DNA from: Octopus sinensis
Taxonomy: Eukaryota
Assembly: GCF_006345805.1 (NCBI RefSeq)
Contig: NC_043003.1
Coordinates: forward strand, 17,484,001-17,548,000
DNA: 64,000 bases
Direction: 5' to 3'
Each line of letters starts with the position of its first letter. Positions within the stretch are counted from its first letter, which is position 1. The position numbers were made by a program, and so were the translations under genes. The notes beneath the pieces were generated by a model. The model was not told the DNA's origin and searched no databases. It was given only the letters and a program-made list of their open reading frames with translations. Of this stretch, positions 1 to 12,788 are shown in pieces.

Positions 1-400
1 TGCGTGGCATCTTGGGAAAGTGTCTTCTACTATAGCCTCGGACCGACCAAAGCCTTGTGAGTGGATTTGGTAGACGGAAACAGATTTGGTAAACAGAAAC
101 AGAAAGAAGCCCGTCATATATATGTATATATATATATGTATGTGTGTGTGTATATGTTTGTGTGTCTGTGTTTGTCCCCCCCCCCAGCATTGCTTGACAC
201 CTGATGCTGGTGTGTTTACGTCCCTGTAACTTAGTGGTTCAGTAAAATAGACCGATAAAATAAATACTGGGCTTACAAAGAATAAGTCCTGGGGTCAATT
301 TGCTCGACTAAAGGCGGTGCTCCAGCATGGCCTCAGTCACATGACTGAAACAAGTAAAGGAATTCTAAATCTCACAACGTGAGATATTCATCAACAGTAC

Positions 401-670
401 TTTGTAGTAAAGATTGTTTGCCAACATAACATGGCAGTCCTGGTTTAGGACTAATGCATCTGTAATTTAGCCCCAGGAGATATTGTCTCCAGCTGGCTCT
501 ATGACACGATCCGTGTTCTTATATTTTCAAAATAAGGGAATACCCTTGTTTCGAAAATATAAGGACAGGACACAGATCGTGTCATATAGCCAGCTGGAGA
601 CTAAATTACAACAACATTAGTTCTAAACCAGGACTGCCATGTTATGTTGGTAAACAATCTTTACTGCAAA
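401..670. repeat. Long imperfect palindrome (arms of about 130 bp)
   Basis: TTTGTAGTAAAGATTGTTT... is mirrored by ...AAACAATCTTTACTGCAAA. Centre AAGGGAATACCCTT at about 540. Confidence 0.9.
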
Positions 671-2299
671 AACATTTTGTGGTATGAAATACTTGTAATT
701 TATGACCATAGTGTTACGTTATTAGTTGATCATTATATGAAATACTTTGCAGAATTTATATTTTGGCCCTTTACATTTTGAGTTCAAATCCTGTTAGGGT
801 CAACTTTGTCATTTACCTCTTGTACCAGTCAAGTACTATTATCAAGACTACTCCTGAAGTTTCCAAGACATCTTCAAGAATTAATTGTTCAACATTTTCT
901 CATTAATATCTCACTGAGTCTTGGGGTCTATCTTACATGTTACTTGGAGACCTCACTAGTGCTGATGCCCTTAAAAAAAAAGACTTTCAGTAGACTCTGC
1001 AGTGGCTGGCATAAGGAATGGCATGCAGCCATAGAAACCCTACCACAGCTCACATTGGAACTTGATGCAATCCTCTAGCAAGTCAGTTCCTGTTATGCCA
1101 GCATGGAAAACAGATGTTAAAGGATGACTATGATGAGGGTAGTGGTGGCAGTGGAGATGGTGCTGGTGGTGCTGGTGGTGCTGGTGATGATGATGATGAT
1201 GATAAAATATTTTCTTGTCTCCGATATGAATGGTTTTATTCATGTAAAATTTTTCAGACATATATTTTTGTTTTGTTTTTTCTTATGCCAGACACTCATT
1301 CATAAATGTTGGACAGAAAATTTGTACATAGAAAAATCACATGTAGTTTCGACTGTTCTTGTTTATAAAAGCAGAAAAATACAAACCCCAAAAAATAATA
1401 TAGTGTAAAAACAGTTGGTACAGTTGGTTATAATTGAAAGACTAGCAGTGGAGGCAGAGTTTATAATTAGATAAACACAAATGTGGTGACAAAATATTAA
1501 CAATTGAATGGAGTTGGTATGATTCATTTAAGTTTACTTTGACCAAGGAAGTGTGTAAATATATTTTGCAGACCACAGCAGAGTAAGTAAATCATAGAAT
1601 ATAATAATAAATAAATAACGTAGATAATTAACTTTTATTTTTTTTTTATCTTTTTGTGATTTTTTTTTTTTTTTGAGTAAGTGGAAGGATATTTTTTAAA
1701 GTTCATGGTGAGAGAAAAAAATGGCTTACTATTCTATTTAGTTTGGAAGACAACCTAGAATCTGAAAGGAAACAGCATTGAGAAATAATGACATCAACAA
1801 ATATACGAACTGAAAATTGAAATTATATTATCCCGCCCGTGCTAGCATAGAAAACAGACATTAAATGATGATGATGATGATGATGATGATGATAATGATG
1901 AGGAAATGAAATAACTATGTGATTTTCACTGAGAAAAATAAATCATAGCAATCTAATAAAGAACTTGTATTTGGATAAGTCCATTGTTATAAGTCCATAG
2001 TCGTGAAGACAATTAAATAGTGTTGATGAAATATTTAGACTGGCAAGATTTAACTTTGATTTATAAAAGAGGTTGAGTGAGAAATAAGACTTTGTGACAT
2101 TCAGATCAGTCTTAGCTATATGAGCAATATAAGTGAAGGGGAAACTGCTATATTTTGCTGTATCTGGTGAGGGTCGTTATGTCAATAATAAACACATGCA
2201 CCAGTTGTATTTCACCACTTCCTTATTCATCAATCGGTTCACTATTTAACAAATTAACTAATCAATTATCTCATTTATCGTGTTGTTAATCAATCAATA

Positions 2300-2600
2300 G
2301 TGGAGGTACATGGCCTAGTGGTTAGAGCAGCAGACTTGTGGTTGAGGGGTCACAGGTTCGAATCTCAGACCGGGCAATGTGTGTGTTTATGAGTGAAACA
2401 CCTAAGCTCCATGTGGCTCCAGCAGAAGGTAATGGCGAACTTCTGCTGACTCTTTCACTGCAACTTTCTCTCACTCTTTCCTCCTGCATTTTGCAGCTCA
2501 CCTGCAATGGACTGGCATTCCATCCAGGTGGAGAACCTATACACAAAGGAAACCGGGAAACCAGCCCTTATGAGCCAGGCATGGCTCAAGAAGGAACAAA
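2300..2600 (+). mobile_element. tRNA-derived SINE family 3
   Basis: TGGCCTAGTGG A-box and GGTTCGAATC B-box. A closely similar inverted copy is at about 50650-50950, with a head fragment at 51030-51150. Confidence 0.85.
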
Positions 2601-2716
2601 CAATCAATCAATCATTTATGTTTGTCAAAATCTTTGCTTTACCAATTTTGTTAACCAAATGCAAAAATAAAATTGCCATAACTGAGTCATAATAAATTCA
2701 TCTTTTTATCTATATA

Positions 2717-3131
2717 GGCGTAGGAGTGGCTGTGTGGTAAGTAGCTTGCTTACGAATCACATGGTTACAGGTTCAGTCTCACTGCGTGGCACCTTGGGCA
2801 AGTGTCTTCTACTATAGCCTTGGGCTGACCAAAGCCTTGTGAGTGGATTTGGTAGACAGAAACTGAAAGAAGCCCGTCGTATATATGTATATATATGGGT
2901 ATGTGTGTGTATATGTTTGTGTGTCTGTGTTTGTCCCCCGAACATTGCTTGACAACCGATGCTGGTGTAGTTACGTCCTTGTAACTTAGCGGTTCGGCAA
3001 AAGAGACTGATAGAATAAGTACTAGGTTTACAAAGAATAAGCCCTGGGGTCGATTTGCTCGACTAAAGGCTGTGCTCCAGCATGGCCACAGTCAAATGGC
3101 TGAAACAAGTCAAAGAGTAAAGAGTAAAGAG
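2717..3131 (+). mobile_element. tRNA-derived SINE family 1 (representative full copy)
   Basis: A-box TGGCTGTGTGG, B-box GGTTCAGTC, internal (TA)n(TG)n, tail (AAAGAGT)n. Further copies at about 1-360(+), 16478-16916(-), 17922-18373(-), 21117-21498(+), 26126-26549(-), 33235-33640(+), 37632-38013(+), 42283-42650(-), 43538-43960(+), 51590-51974(-) and 56590-57019(+). Confidence 0.9.
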
Positions 3132-4002
3132 TTCCTCAGAGAAGACATAGTCAGGTTACTTTTGTTGTCAGTAACATAGATCAGATGCTATTTAAAGCAA
3201 TCATGAATTAGGGTAGCACTGTACTGGATAACCTGATTTTTTTTTATGTGCGCTTTTGATATCTCATCACTAATAATTTGCCCAAGGTGCTACGCAGTGG
3301 GACTGAACCCGGACCCATATGGCTCATAAGCAAGTTACTTACCACACAGCCACTCCTATGCCTATAATCTGTTTCAATAATCTGTGAAAAGGTCCATCAG
3401 GAAGACTTTCTCCTTCTTTATTTCCCTTACATCAATGATACAGAAAGACTGTGTTTACATTCATATTTATACCACAGTGTGTCTTTGCAATGATTAAACT
3501 TATTTCAGTTCATTTGATCTGTGTTGTGTTGTGGCTAAGTAGATATGGCTTAACATCAACAGGCAATTACATGATTATTGCAATGCTTGCAAAAATATCA
3601 GCGATAACAGCTGTTGCAGGAACATTAGTTACAAGAGCATTAAGAACGGTAAAGAGAAAAATGAAAACAAATGGAAAAAAAAAAATAAAACAGTATTAAT
3701 TTCTGTTGTTTGAAAATAGCTTTGGTTACACATGGGTAATTATGCATTATCATTCAAACACTAAAATATATTTAGTATTTTCAGATGTGTAAAAAGATTT
3801 TGTAGTTTTGTCAGATTTTCAATGGCATCATCATCATCATCCTCATCATCATCATCATCATCATCATCATCTCGTCATCATCGTCGTCATCTTCGTCATC
3901 ATCATTGTCATCTTCGTCATCATCATCATCATCTTCATCATCATCATCATCACCATCATCTTCGTCATCATCATCGTTGTCGTCATCGTCATCGTCGTCG
4001 TT

Positions 4003-4038
<36 letters not shown>

Positions 4039-4268
4039 TTCATCATCCTCACATTTCAGCTTCCACTTTTTCATATTTGTGTAGGTCAGAGAGAATTTGT
4101 TGTTGCAGATATTTTCAGATATTTTATAGCTGGATGCTCTTCCTGTTGCTAACCCTCACCTTTTTCCAATTAAGGTAATAATTCCCCATGGACAGACATT
4201 CTTTCCACAGAATATTGGAAAGGAAATGACACCAAGTGTATGACAGTGACATTCATTTACAACTATTC

Positions 4269-4495
4269 CTGTAAATCCTCGAGTATAATCTGCATTTTTT
4301 CCCAAAATTTAAAGGTCAAAATCCCTAGTGCGTACAATATACAAGGTTAAAAAGGAAAAATATTTTCTAAGCAATGTCCGAGTCTCTATTTGCTGTCTGG
4401 CAATGTTTATTCAGACGCATTTTGTGATGTCGGGCACGAAAACACCTTAAGCTGGGTATTATACTCAAGGGCGGACTATACTCGAGGATTTATGG
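4269..4495. mobile_element. Short Tc2/pogo-like MITE
   Basis: TIR CTGTAAATCCTCGAGTATA / TATACTCGAGGATTTATGG, followed by TA. Confidence 0.7.
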
Positions 4496-4959
4496 TATGC
4501 GACAAGAAGACACAAATATACATATATACATATATACATACATACATACATATGAGTGTATATATGTGTGTACATATGCATTTATATACACACACACACA
4601 CACATGATGAGTTTCTGCACATTTTCCAACTCGCACTTACAATTTGACTCTTGCTCACAAGGCATTTTGCAAGACCAGGAACTTTGGTAGAAGACACTAG
4701 CCTTAAATGCTTGGTCCCGTATGGTTGCAAAGAGAACCCCTGAACCACATGACGTGTCTGATACTTGTTGTCATTTGTTGTCTGTTTTTTTACTTTGTAA
4801 ATTTGTAATTTCTGAAAGAAGATGGGCCTCAACTATCATGTCAGAAGTGCTTCTTTCTGGTCAAAATCCACACTGGAACTCAAGCATATCCAGATTGACA
4901 AGATGAAGTGGAAGACGATGGAAGGGAATACAAGAGAGGATCTTGCCAGGTCATTTAGA

Positions 4960-6050
4960 ATGAAGATTGCCCCTCAGTACAGTCTCCCTTGCGCTTGTAG
5001 ATTGTGATAATATTGGAGTGTTTCCACTTGTCAGGTATAAACTTCGTCTGTCAAAAGAGAAGTAACAAAAAGTGAAGATGGGATGTGAGGTGAGGCCTGC
5101 CATACTTGTAGATGTCACCTGGGAACCCATCATCACTGCGAGATTTCTTGGTTTTGAGACCACAGATGGCTTGTTGGACCTTATCAAGTGTTGGGGAGTT
5201 GTCAAACAGTCAGAATAGGAAGATCTGGAATCTCTTCAAGTGCCATGGAGTCTGTGAGGTTGACCTGGTTGAGAAGCTCTTGAAAATATTCAGCCCACCT
5301 GTGAAGTACCACAGCTTTTTATTTTGGTAAGGTGCCATTGTATGATCTCTCCAGAGCAGTCACTGTAATCAAGTGTAGAATTCATAGGTTTTGTTCTCAC
5401 CTGCAGAACATTGAATTTCTTCCACCTTTTGAAACCACCAATCATTTTGAACATTCCTGATGACACACTGTGTAGTGGTACAAGCATTCTTCCATTTTTG
5501 GAGCAGGGTTGCAGAGCTTGAATTGGCTAGAACAATGTTGTGGAGCTTGTTCTTCTCAGGCAGGAGAGGTTGTATGACCTCATTTGATTCATCAAACCAG
5601 TCAGGGTTGTGATGTGTAGTTGTCCCAAGGGTTACCTTGGTAGTGTCTTGTAGAGCATAGTGAGATGAGTCCCAGAGGTTAATAAATTTCCTCTAGAGTT
5701 AGGTCAGCAACCTGAAGATCTGGTATAGACAGGAGCAGATCTTGAATTCTACATTGCAGCTGAGTATGCTTCTCAGGATCAGAGAAGGCAACAATATCAA
5801 CATAAGGAAGGGGATGCAATTTTGGGATTGGGAGCCTTCTACAGATAGGTTTTATCAGTGACACTGAAACTGGAGGCAGGCCTTATGGACTTCCAAAATT
5901 TAGTTTTCCTGATCATCTCAAGTGTCTCTAAAATGTATTCAGCATCACTCTCAATCAGTTGGAGACTCTGACTGTTAATTAGAAGGCATGGAAGTCCATG
6001 TCTGATGCTAGTGTTTGAATCCAAATACAAAAGACTACATGAAGAGAGGG
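4960..6050 (-). mobile_element. Decayed RTE-clade LINE fragment (linker and RT N-terminus)
   Basis: Broken frame containing HNPDWFDESNEVIQPLL, PTLDKVQQAICGLKTKKS..DGFPGDIYKYG and IPDKWKHSNIITIYKRKGD. Confidence 0.8.
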
Positions 6051-6353
6051 ATAAACATCATCAACTCTGTGCAGTTGTTGTCAGGCACTTTGCTTGACTT
6101 TTAGAGGCCCCCTGCAACATTTTGTTTTGAGGCCCCATCCCTTCAATCAAAATTCATAATCTACACACCTATTATTCATAGCTATATTTTACTTTATTCC
6201 ATCTGAAGTTCAGTATTTCACTTTATCCTACTGAACATATTCGGGTAGGGACGTTCGTGGTACAATGCAATACTTTTACAAGAACTTTTACACATACAGT
6301 GTATTACCATTTTATTTCTTGAAATTTTCAGTTAACATAGTTTCATTCTTCTA

Positions 6354-6518
6354 ATTCTATATTTAAGAGATGAGGAATTATGTACATTATTTACATTTGA
6401 CAGATATTTGTCTTCATCTTGTTTGTTGTTAACACAAGGTTTTGGCTGATATACCCTCCAGCCTTCTTCAGGTGTCTTGGAGAAATTTTGAACCTGGGTT
6501 CTCATTCCTAAGATGCTG

Positions 6519-6573
<55 letters not shown>

Positions 6574-6684
6574 TATTATTATTATTAATCAGGTCACTGC
6601 CTGGAATCAAACTCAGAATCTTGGGGTTAGTAGCCTATGCTTTTAACCACTATGCCATATGCCCGTGGGTATATGGCATAGTGG
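6354..6684 (-). mobile_element. Second copy of the tRNA-(AAT)n-hammerhead element, with a short inverted second head
   Basis: Same head (6590-6664), same AAT tract and same 3' body. Hammerhead at 6431-6476 has CUGAAGA but GAAA is mutated to AAAA. Junction CATATGCCCG|TGGGTATATG, followed by about 18 nt of inverted head. Confidence 0.8.
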
Positions 6685-6699
6685 CATAGTTTGGGTCTT

Positions 6700-7008
6700 G
6701 TTCAATATCTTAACCAAAGTAAATGGATGACTCATCTACATACTTTGATCTTCACATGGGGGCCCCTCAACCACATAGGTACCCTGAAACCACAGGAGTT
6801 GCATGGGCTTAACGACGGCCTTGGCTGTTGTTCAGGGTCACTTTCAGTGCCCTCAATGCCACAGGATCTGCCTATCTTGTATCAGTCTTGTCAGCCACAC
6901 CCTCTCCCATGAGAAACAATGTACAGGAGGCAGAGGAGAATGAATGTCTTGGATCAACGCTGTCATCACCTTTGATGGGCTGTCGTAAGCAAGCAAGTAA
7001 GCAAGTAA
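6700..7008 (+). mobile_element. RTE/BovB-like LINE 3' end
   Basis: Terminal zinc-finger remnant FQCPQCHRICLSCISLVSH, followed by an (AAGC)n-type tandem tail. Confidence 0.6.
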
Positions 7009-7237
7009 AATTGTTATTAAATAGCAGATAAGGTTTCACTCTATTTCCTTTGTTGTTTACATAGTTAACTGTTTTCTTTCTGGACAACTGTTTATATGTA
7101 TTTTATTTATCGTTAATGGGTAAGATCAGGAAATGAAATGAAACAGGGTTGAAACTGCTGGAAACATTATTGTGTTGCAGACGTATGCCACCAATGTCAG
7201 CAGAAATAAATAAATATAAAGCTGTTACTACTAAGGC

Positions 7238-7767
7238 AGATGATGTTGATGATGATGACGATGACGACGACAATGATGATGATGGTGGTGGTGGTGGTGG
7301 CGGTGATGGTGATGATGATGGTGATGACGATGATGATGACGACAATGATGATGGTGGTGGTGGTGATGACAATGATGATGATGATGGCGACAATGATAAT
7401 GATGATTGTGGTGGTAGTGGTGGTGGTGGTGGTGGTGGTGGTGGCGGTGGCAGCAGTGGTGATGGTGATGATGATGATGATGGTAATGATGATGACGAAA
7501 ATGATGATGATGGTAGTGGTGGTGGTGGTGGTGGTGATGAGGGGGATAATGATGATGGTGATGGCGATGATGACAATGATGATGGTGATGGTTGTGCTGG
7601 TGGTAGTGGGGGTGATGATGATGATGATGATGACGATGATGGTTGTGGTGATGGTTGTGGTGGTGGTGGTGATGGTGATGATGATGGTGATGATGGTGAT
7701 GATGAGTATGATAATGGTGATGGTGATGATGATGATGACAATGATGATGATAATAATAATAATGATA
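7238..7767. repeat. Compound (GAT/GGT/GAC)n trinucleotide microsatellite
   Basis: Direct reading. Similar tracts at about 3825-4050, 31115-31512 and 62040-62480. Confidence 0.97.
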
Positions 7768-9159
7768 CCATTTATGTCCCAGTTTTAGAATAAACATTTA
7801 ATGGGATTGGTGGCAAAAAAGCAACTAACATTAAAACACTCAGTAAAAGACAAAACCTGTCCAATCCATGTCACCATAGAAAAGCAGATAACAAACACTG
7901 CTGCTGTTACTGCCAATGATAACGATGACAAGGACAATGACGGTGATGACGATGACAACGAAAAGGATGACCATAACGACAATGAAAACGAGAATGATGA
8001 TCACAGCAATAATAACAATGATGATGATGAAGTCCTCCCTATTAAAAAAAATGAAGGATGAACACTAACAGAGAACAACAAGGAGGTTGAAGAGGAGCAC
8101 CCTGCTCAAAATAACAACAACTATGATGATAAGGAGAATGATGCATTAAAATTTGCCTTTCTCTCATAGACCAAAACCATGATCTGATATGTAGAATTAT
8201 ACACTTGTAATACCAGAGGGTAGTATGGGGGTATGCTGAGTAACATGAAGTATTTGATACTGGATTATGGGAGACACTCAAGAGTGACAATGTTGGTAAA
8301 AGTATAATTCTTTCTAACTTTGGCACAAAGCCAGAAATTTTAGGGAAAGGGCTTTAGTTAAGTGCCTTGTCCCCAGTGCTCAACTGGCAATTATTTTATC
8401 AATCCTGAAAGGATAAAAGGCAAAGACGACCTCAGCTGAATTTGAACTCAGAATGTAAGTGGGTAAAAACAAATGTCACCAGACATTTTGTTTGATGCAA
8501 TAACAATTCTTCCAGCTTGTTGTCTTATGTTGACAAGAAATATCTCTTTCTGCATTAGGCAAAAGATCATAAATTTTGGCGACAGGAGCAAGAAGGTTAC
8601 ATTAAACACAGCGCTACTATTATCAGCCCCGAAAGGATGAAAGGCATAGATGACATCAATGGAATTTGTAAAGCTAGAAGAAATGCGTCTAAGCTTTGTG
8701 TCTGGCATGCTAATAATTCTGCTACCAGCTTGCTGCCTTATGTTGGTAAAAAATTAAAAAAAGATATTACAATGAACTTAAACAGAATAACACAAAGATG
8801 TGGGTTTTTTTTCCTTTCATCCCCAACCAACCTACTCATATAACCTAAAAGAACTCTTTTGGATGCGTAAGGCTTCAATACAAGCATGGGCGAATGGGTA
8901 AAGACATGGGGTACCTTAATCTAACCTAACCAGTGGTTTCTTACCTAGGGTTTAGGTGGAAACCCTAAATATCTTCTTTCCTTTATAATTTTAAAGTATA
9001 TACTGTTTCCCCTACATTTCAGTTCTTTGAATTAAAAACAACTGCTCTTGCCTAATACCCTCTCACAAATTTCAGGATAGAACCATTATTATTAAAACGC
9101 TGACCCTCTCCTGCAGGTTGACAATATATCTCAATTCCAATACCTTTTAGCCTATGATT

Positions 9160-10026
9160 ATTATTATAACTTTTTTTCCTTCTTTCTGCAAATTTTCTTC
9201 CATTTCTTGCCAAGTGTTTTCCGTACACCTAGGGCAGAGAAGCTCATTGTATGCATTCCTGGAGTACACACACAAATTCACAGGTAAATATGTATTTAAA
9301 AAAATTTAAAAATAAATAAATTCATGAATGGATGTTATTTCACAGCAATAATGCTCTTCTCAGTACATGAGTCGTTCCAGTTAACACAATATTTTGCACT
9401 TCCTGTAGGGATGGTAAGCCTGGTTTCATTTTCAAATAGGTTTCAGTACCTTTTTTTATCATTCCTAGAGACCCTACAATCACTGGTACTGTAGTCTCCT
9501 TGAGATGCCACATTTTTTCAATTTCTATTAGCAAGTCTTTATATTTACTAATCTTGTCAAATTCTTTCGCCGCTATATTGTGATCGCAAGGAATACTCAT
9601 GTCAATTAATAAACACACCTTTTTTGTCTGATCTTTTATAATAATATCCAATTTATTAGCTTTTATAGTTTTGTCTGTATGTACGGGGAAGTCCCAGAGA
9701 ATCGACACATTTTCTCCCTCAGTCACAGCTTCAGGATGGTGTTTATACCATTTGTCAGCAGTTTTGATTTTATAATGCCAACATATTGTCCAGGGTAAAT
9801 ACTGGCCAACTCTGTCATGTCTTGCTTTATAGTCTACAGGTGCTAAGACTCTACACCCTGAGATTAGGTGGTCTATAGTTTCAACAATCTCATCGTTACA
9901 TAATCGGCATTTTGGGTCAACTCCATTTTTTATCACATTGGCTTGGTAATTCCGGGTTAATAAGCATTGGTCTTAAGCAGCTAATATAAAACCTTCACTC
10001 TCCACTTTTAGCCCTGAGCTTCGTAT
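9160..10026 (-). mobile_element. 5'-truncated R4/Dong-like non-LTR retrotransposon (CCHC knuckle plus restriction-like endonuclease)
   Basis: Translation CRLCNDEIVETIDHLISGC, RHD, ILWDFPVHTDKTIKANKLDIII..., LLIDMSIP, KISKYKDL, VPVIVGSLG. 3' UTR at about 9170-9339. (TAA)n on both sides. Confidence 0.9.
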
Positions 10027-10038
10027 ATTATTATTATT

Positions 10039-10085
<47 letters not shown>

Positions 10086-10120
10086 TATCATTATCATTAT
10101 TATCATTATTATTATTATTA

Positions 10121-10186
<66 letters not shown>
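10027..10186. repeat. (ATT)n microsatellite
   Basis: Direct reading. An (AAT/AAC/GAT)n tract also lies at about 10795-11072. Confidence 0.97.
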
Positions 10187-10187
<1 letters not shown>

Positions 10188-11151
10188 GGTAGACATTGTA
10201 CAGTATACAATATCGTGAGGTTGTTGATTGAAGATATTGTATGTACCGGGGGGGTTGTGCTGTTTGTCAAACCACAACAAGGACCTCAGACAGACACTAC
10301 TTTACTATTATCATTATTATTATCACTGTTATTCTCAGTACTTAACAGTAATTTGCAGCATTGCAAGTATTTGTCAACAACACCAAACACACCCCTCACC
10401 AAACACAAACTTGCACCCTGTACAATTTTATCAAGTGCGTGTTAATTTTTGTATGCGTGTGTTCTTTAACATTTAGCGTTTGTTTTCCTTATCCTTCTAC
10501 CCGGTTTGTTATATTATCATGTAAACTTGAGCTTATATAAAAAAAAAAACCAACGTTATTATTTACTGTAATATACTTTCGTAATAATACTAATAAATCC
10601 TCACATGTGTTAGTGTTTATTTTCCTAACTTAGCCTGAGAGAAGTTAAAGGACTACAAGTAATTGCGTCTGACTATGAGCAACGCAATTGCATCGCGTTT
10701 GTAATTCCTTTTTGTTTTCTTGTCACAAAATGTGTTTATTTTTTCGCCACTGGATGTTTGCTTGTTTTCGAGAAATCTTATCTGCCTGAGAATTTAACAA
10801 CAATAATGACAATGATGATGATGATGATGATGATAACAATGATGACAATAATAAGAATAACAACAACAACAATAATAATGACAATATCAATGATGATGAT
10901 GATAACAATGTAGACAATAATAATAATAATAATAACAATAATAACAATAATATAACAATAATAATAACAACAACAACAACAATAACAATGAAAATGTCGA
11001 TGATGGTGATGATAATGAAGACAATAATAATAATAATAATAATAATTATAATAATAATATAAATAATAATAAATGCAAAAACAAATGAGTCATAATCCCA
11101 CAGCATACATGCTTACATCTTCATGTGTTTGTATGTTTGTGTGTGCATGTG

Positions 11152-11225
<74 letters not shown>

Positions 11226-11917
11226 TGTGTGTGTGAAGGTACATGGCTCAGTGGTGAAGGTGTTGCACTCATGACCGTGAGATCACGGATGTTGCACTGT
11301 ATTCTTGAGCAAAGCACTTCATTTCACATTGTTCTGCAATCATTTCGTCATCTGACTTGTGGCACCTGTTGCACCTGTACAGGTAATGTGGTTCTTCTCT
11401 AATTTATATACATATATTATATATTGTGAAATTTCATTTAGTATTACTAAATTGAATTTTTCCCTGTAAGTTTGGAATAATATTCCCTAATATCATATAC
11501 ACACACATATATATATGTATGTATATATCATCATGTAAAAGTCCATGTTCCACGCTAGCCTCTAGCATGAGTTAGATAGTTTGACAGGATCCCATGGGTT
11601 CAAGGACTCCATTTGTGTTCCAGTGTCTGCTTTGATATGGTCTCTACAGATGGATGCTCTTCTTAATGCCAACCATTTTACAGCATGTAGTGGGTGCAGT
11701 GAGGTTGCTATGCAGCTCATAAGACTACAAACCCCAAGGTTTGGGGAGTCAGTTCTATGCCAGGAGATGAGGGGTTTAAAGTATGAGAGAAGAGGCTTCG
11801 TTGTAAAGATGCTACATGGCTCACCACATTTAGAAGAGTGAGTGAGAATGATCGGCAGAAGTAAAGAAATAAAGTGATGACACAGAATTTAGGTGGCACC
11901 ATATATATATGTGTGTG

Positions 11918-12016
<99 letters not shown>

Positions 12017-12037
12017 TATATATACATACATACATAC

Positions 12038-12089
<52 letters not shown>

Positions 12090-12113
12090 TATATATACAT
12101 ATACACATATATG

Positions 12114-12146
<33 letters not shown>

Positions 12147-12321
12147 GTTTAAATATTTGTTGTGCAAGATTTTTTATGTGAAGTTGTGTGTTGAAACAGA
12201 TATTGTTGTATTTAGGAATGGTCATTTTGCCAGTTTAGCCAATAAAAACACATGCACTATATATTTGGTGTTACTTTGCTTCAGTGTTATTTATTTTTTA
12301 CATTAATCTTAATCTTATTTC

Positions 12322-12366
12322 GGCCAGAGTTCTTTCGTCACACTCCTGTGACCGCATCAGTGGTCC
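12322..12366 (-). ncRNA. Hammerhead-like motif of a second repeat family (variant core)
   Basis: Minus strand reads GGACCA-CUGAUGC-G-GUCACA(GGAG)UGUGAC-GAAA-GAAC-UC-UGGCC: perfect 6-bp stem II, stem I CCA/UGG, C at core position 9. It lies between inverted arms at about 12200-12290 and 12530-12620. Confidence 0.5.
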
Positions 12367-12788
12367 TTTGTTTTCTTCTTACTTATTTGTGTCTCTCCTT
12401 ACTAACCGTCAGCCATTTTGAATTTCTATTGTATGTCTTCATTTGCGCATGCTTATATCTCTATGTGCGTTTATGTTTATTTAGTGTGTGTATGTGGGGG
12501 ATGCCTGTAATATTTGTATCTTCTGTTTAAACACTGAAGCAAAGTAACACCAAATATATAGTGCGTGTGTTTTTATTGGCTAAACTGGCAAAATGACCAT
12601 TCCTAAATACAACAATATATATATATATATTTATATATATATATATCTATTTATATATATATATATTTTTTTTTTTCTAATTTATACATATATATTATAT
12701 TTTGTGAAATTTGATTTAGTGCTTCTAAATTGAATTTTTCCCTGTAAGTTTGGAATAATATTCCCTAATATTATTATCATATATTTGT

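Noticed and set aside
7103-7797. Long ORFs of poly-H, poly-D/G, poly-M/V and poly-S/P in several frames
   Set aside because: Translations of a (GAT/GGT)n microsatellite. The same applies to 3808-4178, 31044-31677, 61847-62613 and all YI/CV/HT-repeat ORFs.
10671-10690. Hairpin AATTGCGT...ACGCAATT (about 10661-10689) enclosing CTGACTATGAG
   Set aside because: It resembles a hammerhead core, but the spacing is wrong and there is no GAAA or stem II; an 8-bp stem can occur by chance.
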